A stretch of DNA of 64,000 nucleotides from a virus (taxonomy: Duplodnaviria; Caudoviricetes): the IMG/VR virus record IMGVR_UViG_3300028888_000007, positions 21,502-85,501 of that record; one strand, written 5' to 3'. How positions within the stretch are numbered: position 1 is the stretch's first letter; each line of letters begins with the position of its first letter. The notes under the pieces were generated by a model that saw only the letters and a program-made list of their open reading frames with translations, did no database searches and was not told the origin of the DNA. The position numbers were made by a program, and so were the translations under genes. This document shows positions 38,634-48,530 of the stretch, one piece after another.

Positions 38634-38679
38634 TTATCAATGCAAAATTACATATTATTTTTTATATATGCAAATTTTT
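38634..38679 (-). promoter_or_regulatory. Bacteroidetes sigma-A-type promoter; copy 1 of the 46-bp repeat
   Basis: Reverse complement AAAAATTTGCATATATAAAAAATAATATGTAATTTTGCATTGATAA: TTTG, 20 nt, TAATTTTG; identical to 61812-61857. Confidence 0.85.
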
Positions 38680-38799
38680 TAATACTATTCTGAGGATAGT
38701 TACTATGTTAGATAGTGGTTGGTATGTAGTTGGTATACTTGGTTTATCTGTGGTAATAACTAGAAGTTTTAGTACTATCTAGTATAAACCATTTTAATT

Positions 38800-39441
38800 A
38801 TGAGACAAAAGAGAATTTATAAACGGTTAAAGTTAGATGATAATATTAAAGGTTACACTGGTTACCATGTAACCAGAGAAGGTGTTGTATACAGTAGGTG
38901 GAAGTTAAATGGTATAAAAGGTTATTGTTTAACTAAAAACTTATGGTACATAAAACCTACTCAATTATTAAATCCAAGAGGTAAGAAAGGTTATATTAAT
39001 AGGTTAGGAGAAGATATTAGAAGACCAAGAGTATATTTAAGGTCAGATAATGGTAAAAGTAAATTTTTAGGTATACATAGGTTAGTAGCTGAAGCTTATA
39101 TACCTAATCCACATAATTTACCTTGTGTATGTCATAAAGATAATAATACTCAAAATAATGTGGTTGATAATCTTTATTGGGGTACTTATAAAGACAATAT
39201 GTTTCAAACATTAAGTGATGGCAGGTTTGTTAAACACTCAAATAAGGTTGGAGATTATAACTTACTAACAATACGTCAAATTGCTAGGGTGGTGAAATTA
39301 AGAATTAAAGGTTATCCTAAAATTAAGCTTGCTATAAAGTTTAATACTACAGTACAGAGAATAACTAGGTTGTTAAATTCAGAACGGTCTTATCAGTTAT
39401 ATACGGATATCTATATTAATAAAATTCATAAGGAAGTTTAA
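38800..39441 (+). mobile_element. Free-standing HNH homing endonuclease (NUMOD4-type)
   Basis: IHRLVAEAYIPNPHNLPCVCHKDNNTQNNVVDNLYWGT; C-terminal HTH-like segment. Confidence 0.88.
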
Positions 39442-39444
39442 ATA

Positions 39445-40860
39445 ATGAAACAGAAAGTACAATTTTCCTTTTCTTGCGATTTCCAAGCTGAGGTATTAAA
39501 ATATCTCGTAAGAGATCCAGAAGGTGGGCTTGCTTTAAAAAGGCTAAAGCCTAATTATTTTGTGTTGATAGAACATTCTATAATTGCCGAGGGCATCTTT
39601 AGTTATTACAAAAAGAAAAAAAGAATCCCGTCAGAGAATATTCTTAAACAAGTTATTAAAGAATTGCTAGAGAGTAAAGATTATGCTGACCTCGTAACTA
39701 CAGAAGATATCCCAGGAATTAATAAAGTGGTGAAGGCTTTATATAATGAGCCCTTAAAAGATTCAGATTATATACAGGAAAAGATATATCAGTTCTCTAC
39801 TTGGGTAGAGATGAAGAACTTAAATGATTCTTTTGATTTAGATAACTTTGAACAGTATGAAACTTATAGTAAGAAGATAGATAAGATCTTACAACATTCA
39901 AAGCCTAAGAAAGAAGATGAGCCTGATTATCTGATTAGGGATGTAGTAGAAAGACAGTTTAAACGTCAGTCTGATCCAGATGTAGTTCCTACTCCTTCAA
40001 GGCAAATTAATGAGTTAACTAATGCTGGTGGATTTGCAAGAGGTTCAGTAGCAGTATTACTTGATAAACCTAAAGCAAGAAAGACGTTCTTCTTGGTTAA
40101 TCTGGCAATAGGTTATCTTAAGATGCGTAAGACTGTTTTATACATAGATACTGAAAATGGTCAGTCTCAAATTATGGATAGGTTTATTCAGTCATCTCTT
40201 AATAAAACCAAGAAGGAAATATACTCTGGTGAGTATGATAAGCTTGAACAAAAACATATTAGGAAGTTGGCAAGGTTTGGTGTTGAGCTTATAGTTGAAA
40301 GAGTCCCTGCAATGGTTACAGATTGTAATTATATAAGGGATAGAATCCTTAAACTTAAATCTCAGGGTATAAATGTTAAGGTAGTTATGATTGACTATCT
40401 AGCCAAGATGGCAAGTATAGCTGGAGATAAGGATGACTTCGAAAGAATAGGTAATGCTTTTATTGATGCTCAGAACCTTGCGGAGGATATGGATCTTGAT
40501 TGTATATGGACGGCTAATCATGTTACTCGTAATGCTTATAAGCATCGTAAGACAAGGTATGAGGAAAATGATATTGCTAAATGCGTAGACATTGTACGTA
40601 ACTCGGTAGCAATATTTGGTCTTAACTGTACAGAACAAGAAGAGAAAGATGGAATCCAACGCCTTGAATTAGTAGTAATGAGAGATGGTAAACCTAACGG
40701 GCGAGCATTATATAAAGTAGATATAGAAAGGCAGAGGGCAGTAGAATTTACCAAAGAGCAAAGGAAAAGATACGATGAGCTATATTCAGAAACTATAGAT
40801 AACGAAATAAAGAAGCAAGCTGCCGAAACTAATAAAGAACAAAATCATGGAGATATATAA
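39445..40860 (+). CDS. dnaB: Replicative SF4 (DnaB/gp41-like) helicase
   Basis: P-loop LLDKPKARKT, YIDTENG, Walker B VMIDYL, WTANHV, VMRDG. Confidence 0.82.
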   Translation: MKQKVQFSFSCDFQAEVLKYLVRDPEGGLALKRLKPNYFVLIEHSIIAEGIFSYYKKKKRIPSENILKQVIKELLESKDYADLVTTEDIPGINKVVKALYNEPLKDSDYIQEKIYQFSTWVEMKNLNDSFDLDNFEQYETYSKKIDKILQHSKPKKEDEPDYLIRDVVERQFKRQSDPDVVPTPSRQINELTNAGGFARGSVAVLLDKPKARKTFFLVNLAIGYLKMRKTVLYIDTENGQSQIMDRFIQSSLNKTKKEIYSGEYDKLEQKHIRKLARFGVELIVERVPAMVTDCNYIRDRILKLKSQGINVKVVMIDYLAKMASIAGDKDDFERIGNAFIDAQNLAEDMDLDCIWTANHVTRNAYKHRKTRYEENDIAKCVDIVRNSVAIFGLNCTEQEEKDGIQRLELVVMRDGKPNGRALYKVDIERQRAVEFTKEQRKRYDELYSETIDNEIKKQAAETNKEQNHGDI

Positions 40861-40863
40861 AAT

Positions 40864-41217
40864 ATGAAATACTCGGAACTAAAGCCAGGAGATAAAGTAA
40901 TCCTACATACTTCTGATACAAGGTATGAAGATGAAATTAAATTTGTAAAAAGCGTAGGTCCTAAATGGATTAAGCTTGAAGATTTTTATAGGAGTGTAAA
41001 ATTCTCTGTACTAGACGGCAGAGCTAATGATGCTTTACCTGGATATGAGATACTTATACCACAGTCTTCAGAAGAACAGGCTTGGGAAAAAACTTACGCT
41101 TATTTAATAGGGGAAGTAGTCCCAAGATATTTAAAAACATTATCATTAACTAAACTTAAACATTTACAAAAGAGATGGACAAACAAGGTTTTAGACGCAT
41201 CTGGGAAGATTTCATAG
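40864..41217 (+). CDS. Hypothetical protein (SH3/KOW-like N-terminus)
   Basis: LKPGDKVIL..VKSVGPKWIKL. Confidence 0.6.
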   Translation: MKYSELKPGDKVILHTSDTRYEDEIKFVKSVGPKWIKLEDFYRSVKFSVLDGRANDALPGYEILIPQSSEEQAWEKTYAYLIGEVVPRYLKTLSLTKLKHLQKRWTNKVLDASGKIS

Positions 41218-41279
41218 TACCGTTTGCAGTATTAGGTGTAATTACTTTATGTATCATTTGGTTAATAAACCATGGCTAA
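41175..41279 (+). CDS. Putative 34-aa single-TM peptide
   Basis: Read by hand: MDKQGFRRIWEDFIVPFAVLGVITLCIIWLINHG*; stop overlaps the primase start. Confidence 0.45.
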   Translation: MDKQGFRRIWEDFIVPFAVLGVITLCIIWLINHG

Positions 41280-42225
41280 GGTAACTCAACAGTTTAAAAC
41301 ACAGCTTTACAATTATTTTGTAAAGAGACTCGAGGCCTACGAATATAGGAATGGTTGGCTCCGAGTTCCTGTGTGTCCATATTGTGGTAGGGAACAGAAA
41401 ATGGGTGTTAACCTTACAACTTACCGAACTAATTGCTTTAGGTGTGGAGAACATCCATCTCCTGCTCAAATGATAATGGATATAGAAGATTTAGATACTT
41501 ATACAGAACTTCTAACATTTTTAAAACATGGAGACTTTACAGAACTTGAATTCAGAGAAGAAAAGGTTGAATTACCTGAGGCCAAGCCAGTATATTTACC
41601 TGAATCATTTAAACTCATTAACCAAGGAGAAAGTCATATTGCTAAAATCACGAGGAACTACCTCAAACACCGTGGATTCAATATTGATGGATTATCCAAG
41701 CAGGGTATCGGATATTGCACGAAAGGTGATTACTTTGGGTACGTTATACTCCCCTTCTATTCCAATGGAAAGCTTACTTACTTCAATGCTAGACTTGTCA
41801 TTGGCAACGGGCCTAGATACAACAACCCTCCTAAATCAGTTACTGGGTTGGGAAAAGAATTTCTCATATTTAACGAAGATGCACTTGGATTATATAACCA
41901 GGTATACATCTGCGAAGGAGTCTTCAATGCTCTTACAATGGGCGAAAGAGCGATTGCAACAATGGGAAAGGCAGTTAGTTCATACCAAATCAATAAACTT
42001 ATCAAGTCACCAGTTAAACGATTCATTCTTTTATTGGACCCTGATGCAAAGAAGCAGGCCATCAGCCTTGCTCTTAAACTCGTTAACTTTAAATCAATTA
42101 AAGTTGTATATTTACCAGAAGGAAAAGATGCAAATGACCTTGGGAAGAAAGAAGTAATGAAACTTGTATGGAGGACTAGATACCAAAACTATCAAGATTT
42201 AATCAAACTTAAAAATGAATTATGA
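41272..42225 (+). CDS. dnaG: DNA primase (Zn finger + TOPRIM)
   Basis: CPYC..CFRC, ICEGVFNA, LLLDPDA, KDANDLG. Confidence 0.9.
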   Translation: MAKVTQQFKTQLYNYFVKRLEAYEYRNGWLRVPVCPYCGREQKMGVNLTTYRTNCFRCGEHPSPAQMIMDIEDLDTYTELLTFLKHGDFTELEFREEKVELPEAKPVYLPESFKLINQGESHIAKITRNYLKHRGFNIDGLSKQGIGYCTKGDYFGYVILPFYSNGKLTYFNARLVIGNGPRYNNPPKSVTGLGKEFLIFNEDALGLYNQVYICEGVFNALTMGERAIATMGKAVSSYQINKLIKSPVKRFILLLDPDAKKQAISLALKLVNFKSIKVVYLPEGKDANDLGKKEVMKLVWRTRYQNYQDLIKLKNEL

Positions 42226-42389
42226 TGGTACTTATTTATGAATTGATAGCCTATTTAATAGGTTTAGTTATAGCTGAAAAGTTATATAGGTATGGAGGAT
42301 ATAACCGTGATCATGATGTAGTATGGTGGTCCTGGATAGGTGTATTTGTAATATTATTATCATTAAATGGTGGAAAATGGAGACATTAA
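42222..42389 (+). CDS. Putative 55-aa two-TM protein
   Basis: Read by hand: MMVLIYELIAYLIGLVIAEKLYRYGGYNRDHDVVWWSWIGVFVILLSLNGGKWRH*; ATGA overlap with primase stop. Confidence 0.6.
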   Translation: MMVLIYELIAYLIGLVIAEKLYRYGGYNRDHDVVWWSWIGVFVILLSLNGGKWRH

Positions 42390-42405
42390 ACGGTGGAAGA
42401 TAGAA

Positions 42406-43236
42406 ATGAGAGAACCCAGTATTCACATTACTAAATCCAATTTCATAGATATATGCCATGAATTGGAAATTTGTGTTCCTTTTGACCAATTCTTTCAATT
42501 GGCTAAACGTAGGGCAATAAATACTAGAAGTATAACAGTTTCAAATAAGAAACTACAAAGACAAGTAAATAAAGTTACACTAGCAGATACAGGAGATGCT
42601 AATTTAATCTCGGATATTATATATTCAGAACGTATTAAATTAAAACACAGGGGAGTTAGAAAAATAAATGAATCACAAGGTAGAGAATGGGATGCTTGTA
42701 AAAAGCTTGCAGATATATGTAACACCTTTTGTCAGGATTTCGATTTAGAAACTAGGGCTGGTTACATTAAATATGTAGAGATAGGTATTAAACGTATGAA
42801 CGGTAATTATAAAAATTTTGTTTGTCGTTTAGTACAGATGTCAGAAAATATATCTCAACAATATGAGTGTGAATTAGAATTAGCCAATGATGAAACCCCT
42901 TGGTTAACAGAACAGGCTTTTACATATTATGTATCTAAAATAGCTAAGGTAACAGGTATATATGATAATAATAAAGATCCATTAAACCTTGTTCATTTCA
43001 AGGCTTTAGTAAAAGTAGCAGGTCAAGATAGGATAAAAGATTGGATAGATGCTCAGTTTTATGCTTTAGCCTTTTGTAATGGTATACCTGCTCCAAAAGA
43101 CTTGGTTGGAGAAAAAGCTTTGGAAAGGTATAATAAATACCTTTATAAGATAAAGCATAAAGAGGAACTTCCTCCAGAAGAGAACTTAGATTTGTGGAAC
43201 CAGATTAATGATAATGATGATGGATTGCCATTTTAA
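42406..43236 (+). CDS. Hypothetical helical replication-module protein
   Basis: Within ORF 42367..43236; ATG 42406 preferred as it follows the small TM gene. Confidence 0.7.
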   Translation: MREPSIHITKSNFIDICHELEICVPFDQFFQLAKRRAINTRSITVSNKKLQRQVNKVTLADTGDANLISDIIYSERIKLKHRGVRKINESQGREWDACKKLADICNTFCQDFDLETRAGYIKYVEIGIKRMNGNYKNFVCRLVQMSENISQQYECELELANDETPWLTEQAFTYYVSKIAKVTGIYDNNKDPLNLVHFKALVKVAGQDRIKDWIDAQFYALAFCNGIPAPKDLVGEKALERYNKYLYKIKHKEELPPEENLDLWNQINDNDDGLPF

Positions 43237-43480
43237 ATTTAAAGATGAGATAGATGAATGGTTATTTAATGAAATGGGATTAATACCTGGTAGTTGTTCA
43301 TCTATAGAGAGTTTAAAGTATGATATAGCTAGAGAATCTATAGAAAAATTCCAAGAATCTCTAATTCAAAAGTCATGTAAGTGGATAGGTAATCACTTAT
43401 TAGCTCCTTGGCAAGGACAATATTTAGAAGAATTTAAAAATGATGTAAGGTATGGTAATAATAATAATTCAAAACTGTAA
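43208..43480 (+). CDS. Hypothetical protein
   Basis: ORF track; start uncertain (several ATGs). Confidence 0.55.
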   Translation: MIMMMDCHFKFKDEIDEWLFNEMGLIPGSCSSIESLKYDIARESIEKFQESLIQKSCKWIGNHLLAPWQGQYLEEFKNDVRYGNNNNSKL

Positions 43481-44927
43481 TACTTGTGAAGTTGATATAC
43501 CTCAGAAATATGGGTTAAGACTTTATAAAGATTTATCCGTAAGGCATCCTAATGCTTTCTACCTCAAGAGACAATCTAAAGGTAATTGGGATGGCATTGT
43601 ACATTTTATAAATCAACGGGGTGTATTTAAAATAGGTATGTTACCTCGAGTGGTTGAGTTATGTAAATCTTATGGTCTGAAGGTAAAGGTAATAGATGAA
43701 CGTAAACCTTTACCTAAGGTTAATAAAGTGATAACTAGAACTACTAACTTTAAACTTAGGCCTGAACAAATAAAAGCTGTACAGGCTGTAGTAAATAATA
43801 AGGTACAAGGAACCTCATTTCAAATTGGAGTTTTAGATTATGCAGTAGGTACAGGTAAGACTCTTATTATGACGGCATTATACTTAACCTACAAGAGGCA
43901 GTTACGTACTTTACTTATAACTAATGACTCTGACTGGCTTAACCAGGCTAGATCTGAATTTAAAGAATACCTACCAGATGAGGATATTACATTTATCCAA
44001 GGTACTAAAAAACTTAATAAATGGACTAATTTCAATATAGGTATGGTACAAACCCTGTCAAGGAATATTAGGAAGTTTCAGAATGAGTTAACTAAAATTG
44101 ATATGGTATTAGTGGACGAGGCTGACTTAGGTGGAAGCAAGTCCTATCAGTCTGTGTTAACTCATTTATGGAATACACGTATACGTATAGGTCTTTCAGG
44201 TACTATCTATCTCAGTAAGTTTAAGAAGGACCAGTTAAAGAACTGGAATCTTGAGGCTTTCTTTGGTCCTAAGCTTGCAGAATTTAAATTGGCTGATAGT
44301 ACTAAGAAAGGCTATGCTACACCAGTAGTGGTTAAGATTATTAATAGTAAACCTTTTTATGGTAATTGGGAATCAGAAGCCTTAAATTATAAAGATGAGT
44401 ATGATGATACCGTTACTAATAATGAAATAGCTTATAAGATGGTATTAGACAGAGCTAGGTTTAACTGTATGCAAGAGAGGTTTCCTATGTTAATTGTATG
44501 TAAATATATTAAACATTGTGAATATATCTACAGGTATTTACAAAATAGGAATAATGGTAATCGTAAAGCCATAATATCCTATGTTCATGTAGATACTCCT
44601 AGTAAAAAAAGAAATAAAATACTTAGTGATTTTAGGGAAGGGAAGATAGAAATTCTTGTAAGCACTACTATTATTGCCAGAGGTAAAAATTTTCCATTAC
44701 TTAAGTCCATGATAAATGCAAGTGGATTTAAAGCAGAGGAAAAAACCATTCAATTTCTTGGTCGATTAGTTAGGTTACACAAATCCAAATCAAAAGCTTA
44801 TCTAGATGATATACAATATCCTGGCCATTATCTAGGTAAACATAGTAAAGCAAGGGTTAGGTCATATAAGAAACAGGGTTATAAAGTTATATTTATAAAT
44901 AAACCTACTAAGTTTCATATACCCTAA
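43452..44927 (+). CDS. SF2 helicase (UvsW-like)
   Basis: LRPEQ, AVGTGKT, VDEAD, GLSGT, ARGKNFP, QFLGRLVR. Confidence 0.9.
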   Translation: MVIIIIQNCNTCEVDIPQKYGLRLYKDLSVRHPNAFYLKRQSKGNWDGIVHFINQRGVFKIGMLPRVVELCKSYGLKVKVIDERKPLPKVNKVITRTTNFKLRPEQIKAVQAVVNNKVQGTSFQIGVLDYAVGTGKTLIMTALYLTYKRQLRTLLITNDSDWLNQARSEFKEYLPDEDITFIQGTKKLNKWTNFNIGMVQTLSRNIRKFQNELTKIDMVLVDEADLGGSKSYQSVLTHLWNTRIRIGLSGTIYLSKFKKDQLKNWNLEAFFGPKLAEFKLADSTKKGYATPVVVKIINSKPFYGNWESEALNYKDEYDDTVTNNEIAYKMVLDRARFNCMQERFPMLIVCKYIKHCEYIYRYLQNRNNGNRKAIISYVHVDTPSKKRNKILSDFREGKIEILVSTTIIARGKNFPLLKSMINASGFKAEEKTIQFLGRLVRLHKSKSKAYLDDIQYPGHYLGKHSKARVRSYKKQGYKVIFINKPTKFHIP

Positions 44928-45037
44928 TACCTTTTACTAAGAATGAACTAATAAGTAATACTTATTTCCGTAGGATAATAAGTATTAACATATAGGCATA
45001 TAGGCATTAATATATTAATAATTAAAACAAAACAATT

Positions 45038-45652
45038 ATGATGACTTGGGAACAAGTTCCTCCTCAGGAACAACAAGAATTAAGATTAGCTTTTATAAAT
45101 GATCCTTCTATCAAAAAACTGGATCAATTAGCTACCCAACTTCAAAGGAATAGGGACTTCATTGGAGCTCTTAATCTTAAAAAAGAAATAGAAGCTCAAT
45201 GGGAATATGTAAAACAAACCCACCTCAAATCCTATGATAATACTGTACAAGAAACTGTTAAATTATCTAAGATTGGTCTACCAGAAGATAAACTACAATC
45301 TCTAATAGAGAACATGTTAACTATCTTCATGGCTTGCGATATTATCGAAACAGCACATATGAATGCTAATGAGATTCTTAAAAGCCATGATAATAATTAT
45401 TCACTCGATAACTTCAATGATCTTATTTCATTTATAAATAGAATAAAGGCCCATCTTAAATTTTTACAATCAGAGACTGGGTATATGGATGACCTTGCTT
45501 GGGGTGATGGTTGTGATAAACAATATGAGATGATTCGGAATAAGGCAAGATCCATCATGAAAAAGAAGGATGATATCAAAAGATGGGGTCAAAACCTTAA
45601 AAAGTACATAGACGGTACTCTTGACCAGAAAGCTCATCAAGACAAAGTATAG
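45038..45652 (+). CDS. Hypothetical helical protein
   Basis: 204-aa ORF with AAAACAATT leader. Confidence 0.7.
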   Translation: MMTWEQVPPQEQQELRLAFINDPSIKKLDQLATQLQRNRDFIGALNLKKEIEAQWEYVKQTHLKSYDNTVQETVKLSKIGLPEDKLQSLIENMLTIFMACDIIETAHMNANEILKSHDNNYSLDNFNDLISFINRIKAHLKFLQSETGYMDDLAWGDGCDKQYEMIRNKARSIMKKKDDIKRWGQNLKKYIDGTLDQKAHQDKV

Positions 45653-45691
45653 TCTGAACTATTAAACTTAAAATAACGTTTTATAAATATT

Positions 45692-46072
45692 ATGGGTAAA
45701 AAAGAGAAGAAGAACCTACCGGTACTTAGTAAGCAAAATCCACTAGTACCTATAGATGTTACTCAACTAGGTAGTAATGGTGATCCTTGTTTTGGTAAAG
45801 GTTACGACCTTAGTACTAAGGAATGTAAATTATGTGGAGACTCTGAACTCTGTTGTATCAAGATGTCACAGGCTTTAAATATAACTCGGAAGGAGTTAGA
45901 AGCTAAGAATCATTATAAGGACCTTGAAACACTAGAGGATATAAATGGTATCAAGAAGTATATCAGAGGGTTGAAACGTAAAGGTAAAACTCGTAAAGAG
46001 ATAGTAGAAAAGGCTTCAGTTAAATTTGAAGTACCTAAGAAAGATATTCGTTTAATTTATAAATCAATGTAA
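45692..46072 (+). CDS. Cys-cluster basic protein, possible DNA-binding
   Basis: CFG..ECKLCGDSELCC and a basic helical C-terminus. Confidence 0.65.
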   Translation: MGKKEKKNLPVLSKQNPLVPIDVTQLGSNGDPCFGKGYDLSTKECKLCGDSELCCIKMSQALNITRKELEAKNHYKDLETLEDINGIKKYIRGLKRKGKTRKEIVEKASVKFEVPKKDIRLIYKSM

Positions 46073-46074
46073 AA

Positions 46075-46710
46075 ATGAGTAAAGAACCAAGATTAAGGTT
46101 TGCTCTCAGTAGAGAAGTAGAATTTCCAAAGAGAGCCAGTGAACATGAAGCAGGTATTGATTTCTTCGTACCTAAGGATTTAACAGTAGAGGATATTCTG
46201 AAAGCTAATAAAGATGTTCCTGATGTAACTATCTTTGAAGGTATCAGTGAATGGCCAGCAGCAGGTCATATATGCTTACATGTAAATGAGGATGGTTTTG
46301 TCACTAATATCTGGTTTGGAGCTGGATCACGTATTATCATTCCTTCTGGAGTACATGCTCTTATTGAACCTTGGGCTTCAGCTCTTATCGCAGCTAATAA
46401 ATCTGGAGTATCAACAAAGAAGGGTTTGATTTATGGAGCTCAAGTTGTAGATTCTACTTATACTGGAGAGATCCATATATCTCAAATTAACCCAGGAGAG
46501 GATCCTCAGGTAATATCTGCAGGAGATAAAGCTATCCAGTTTATTCATACACCAGTCCTCCTTACTCAAGTTGAACATATCGAATGGGATGGATTTGATG
46601 GTTTCTTGGAGAATGCCAAGGATTGGTCTAAAAGGGGTGATAATTGGCAGGGATCTACTGACCACGAAAAGAAAGATATCGACCCATATAATGATGGACC
46701 AAACGCTTAA
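46075..46710 (+). CDS. dut: Trimeric dUTPase
   Basis: AGIDF, NKSG, VVDSTYTGEI, AIQF, RGDNWQGSTD. Confidence 0.9.
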   Translation: MSKEPRLRFALSREVEFPKRASEHEAGIDFFVPKDLTVEDILKANKDVPDVTIFEGISEWPAAGHICLHVNEDGFVTNIWFGAGSRIIIPSGVHALIEPWASALIAANKSGVSTKKGLIYGAQVVDSTYTGEIHISQINPGEDPQVISAGDKAIQFIHTPVLLTQVEHIEWDGFDGFLENAKDWSKRGDNWQGSTDHEKKDIDPYNDGPNA

Positions 46711-46713
46711 GAT

Positions 46714-47601
46714 ATGGATATAAGAAACTTTATAAACGAGGTTTGTCAATGTGAACCTGGAATGGAGTTGGAGAAAATCTTCCAACTCCATGAGGGTTTA
46801 TTAGAGAAGTACTTACCAATTGAAGGACTTCCACATTGGCCAATAAATGTAAATAAGAGAGAGGCTCAAATTATTCTTAAGGATATGTCTGCAAGAGTAA
46901 TAGAAGAACTTGGAGAAGGTTATGAGTCTACTACTTATGTATTAGAGATGCTTGATAAAAATGGATTCAACTTCAATAGGTGGGAAAGAGAAGACTATAG
47001 GCAGCTTTTAAATCACCTACAGAATTCAAACGAAGAACAAGCAGATGCTATTGCTTTTTTTATAAACTTACTCTTCTATAGCAACATAAATGTAGAAGAT
47101 ATAAAGAACTATATTGTAGCCAAGGGTTTGAATAAACTGGTTGATAGTACTATACCTAAAGAAGATATGTCTACTGATTTTATCATGATGGTAGGCCTTG
47201 GTATATTACAGAACCGTTTTGAAGATGCTACAGAGAATCAACATACTTGGTGTATATTCCACTACATGTTATTTGACCAGTTCGGAATTAAAGATTATGA
47301 TAAGGTAGCTTCATATACTCCAGCCTTTCATAGTATATCTTGGGAATCGCATGATATAGAGGCTAAGATGTGTTGGGAATTAACTTATCATCTATCAGTA
47401 GCTCGTAACTATCTTAAAAATAAGCCTTGGAAACAGACTGGAGAGATGACTGATGAGCAAAGGTATCAGGAGGAGGTAGTAATTGCTTTCCTTGAACTCC
47501 TTGGTTACTTCAGGTATATTGGATTTACTGCTGATTCTCTACTTCAACTTCGTTACAAGAAACATTTAGTTTGCCTTTTTAGAATAAAATCAAAATATTA
47601 A
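46714..47601 (+). CDS. All-alpha (MazG / T4 gp56-like) dNTP pyrophosphatase, possibly dCTPase
   Basis: IEELGEGYE, EEQADAIAFF, KNKPWKQ, QEEVVIAF. Confidence 0.72.
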   Translation: MDIRNFINEVCQCEPGMELEKIFQLHEGLLEKYLPIEGLPHWPINVNKREAQIILKDMSARVIEELGEGYESTTYVLEMLDKNGFNFNRWEREDYRQLLNHLQNSNEEQADAIAFFINLLFYSNINVEDIKNYIVAKGLNKLVDSTIPKEDMSTDFIMMVGLGILQNRFEDATENQHTWCIFHYMLFDQFGIKDYDKVASYTPAFHSISWESHDIEAKMCWELTYHLSVARNYLKNKPWKQTGEMTDEQRYQEEVVIAFLELLGYFRYIGFTADSLLQLRYKKHLVCLFRIKSKY

Positions 47602-47606
47602 TTACC

Positions 47607-48530
47607 GTGTCTGGATTTAATCGCCCTATAGAAGGCCTAGAATATATGAGTACAGAAGAAACCTGTCACTCATTAGAATTTGCAACTTCCCAAGAGTGTT
47701 GGGAAAAATTAAACGAGATGTTTTTGACTATAGATCCAGTCCTCTTTGAAAAGGGGGGACTGGCTAATTCTGGATTAGCTACAGTATATAATGTATTTAT
47801 TAAGATACGTAAAGCTTATGTTGATCCAGATTTTAACTATGGTCGGGTATTTAACTATACAGCCACTAAGTGGAGTAGTCTCTTGAATAACTACATAGAT
47901 TTTAATAAGTTGGATCTAATGCGTAGTCGTTTGAGAGATCTTAAAGCCAAGTATAATCAGAATTACAATCATAGTTATGTATTCAACAATAGGCATGATA
48001 ACGGAAAGCAATGTTTGCTCGCAGTCACTTTCTCAAAACGATTCCAAGAAGATGTACCAGTTCTCACAATGGTACTCAGAGCTTCTGAGATCACGAAACG
48101 CCTTATATTCGATCTATTATTAGTACAAAGGATGTCAGAATATGTATACGGGCCAAATCAAACTGTTCAATTAAATATATTCTGTACTCAAATGTATGGT
48201 AATGTTGAAACTCTTATGATGTATGATGCTTATAAGCCTCTTAAAAAAGTATTAAAAGGACATAAGAATCCATGGACTAAGCATGTTAAAGAAGTATTTG
48301 AAAAATATAAGACAGGAGATCCAAAACAATTTTCTAGTTTTAAGGTATTCTTTCGTTCATTCAAAGTGATAAGACCAGATCTATATGAATATAAACCTCT
48401 GTATGCTAAAGATATGCTTCTCGAGTATGATGAAGGAATTCCATATCCAGAAGATTGTATTTCTTACAGTCAGAGAAAGAAATTTAAAACTCAATATCTT
48501 AAAAAACAAAAGAAAGATGGCAACTTATAA
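47607..48530 (+). CDS. Divergent thymidylate-synthase-fold protein (paralog A)
   Basis: KQCLLAVTF (nucleophile Cys region) and LRASEITKRLIFDLL align with PPCHAFFQF / QRSCDVFLGLPFNI; GTG start. Confidence 0.65.
   Translation: MSGFNRPIEGLEYMSTEETCHSLEFATSQECWEKLNEMFLTIDPVLFEKGGLANSGLATVYNVFIKIRKAYVDPDFNYGRVFNYTATKWSSLLNNYIDFNKLDLMRSRLRDLKAKYNQNYNHSYVFNNRHDNGKQCLLAVTFSKRFQEDVPVLTMVLRASEITKRLIFDLLLVQRMSEYVYGPNQTVQLNIFCTQMYGNVETLMMYDAYKPLKKVLKGHKNPWTKHVKEVFEKYKTGDPKQFSSFKVFFRSFKVIRPDLYEYKPLYAKDMLLEYDEGIPYPEDCISYSQRKKFKTQYLKKQKKDGNL

Noticed and set aside
44957-45008. AATACTTATT/AATAAGTATT hairpin and TATAGGCA direct repeat before ORF 45038
   Set aside because: AT-only stem with no second copy found; too weak to assign a function
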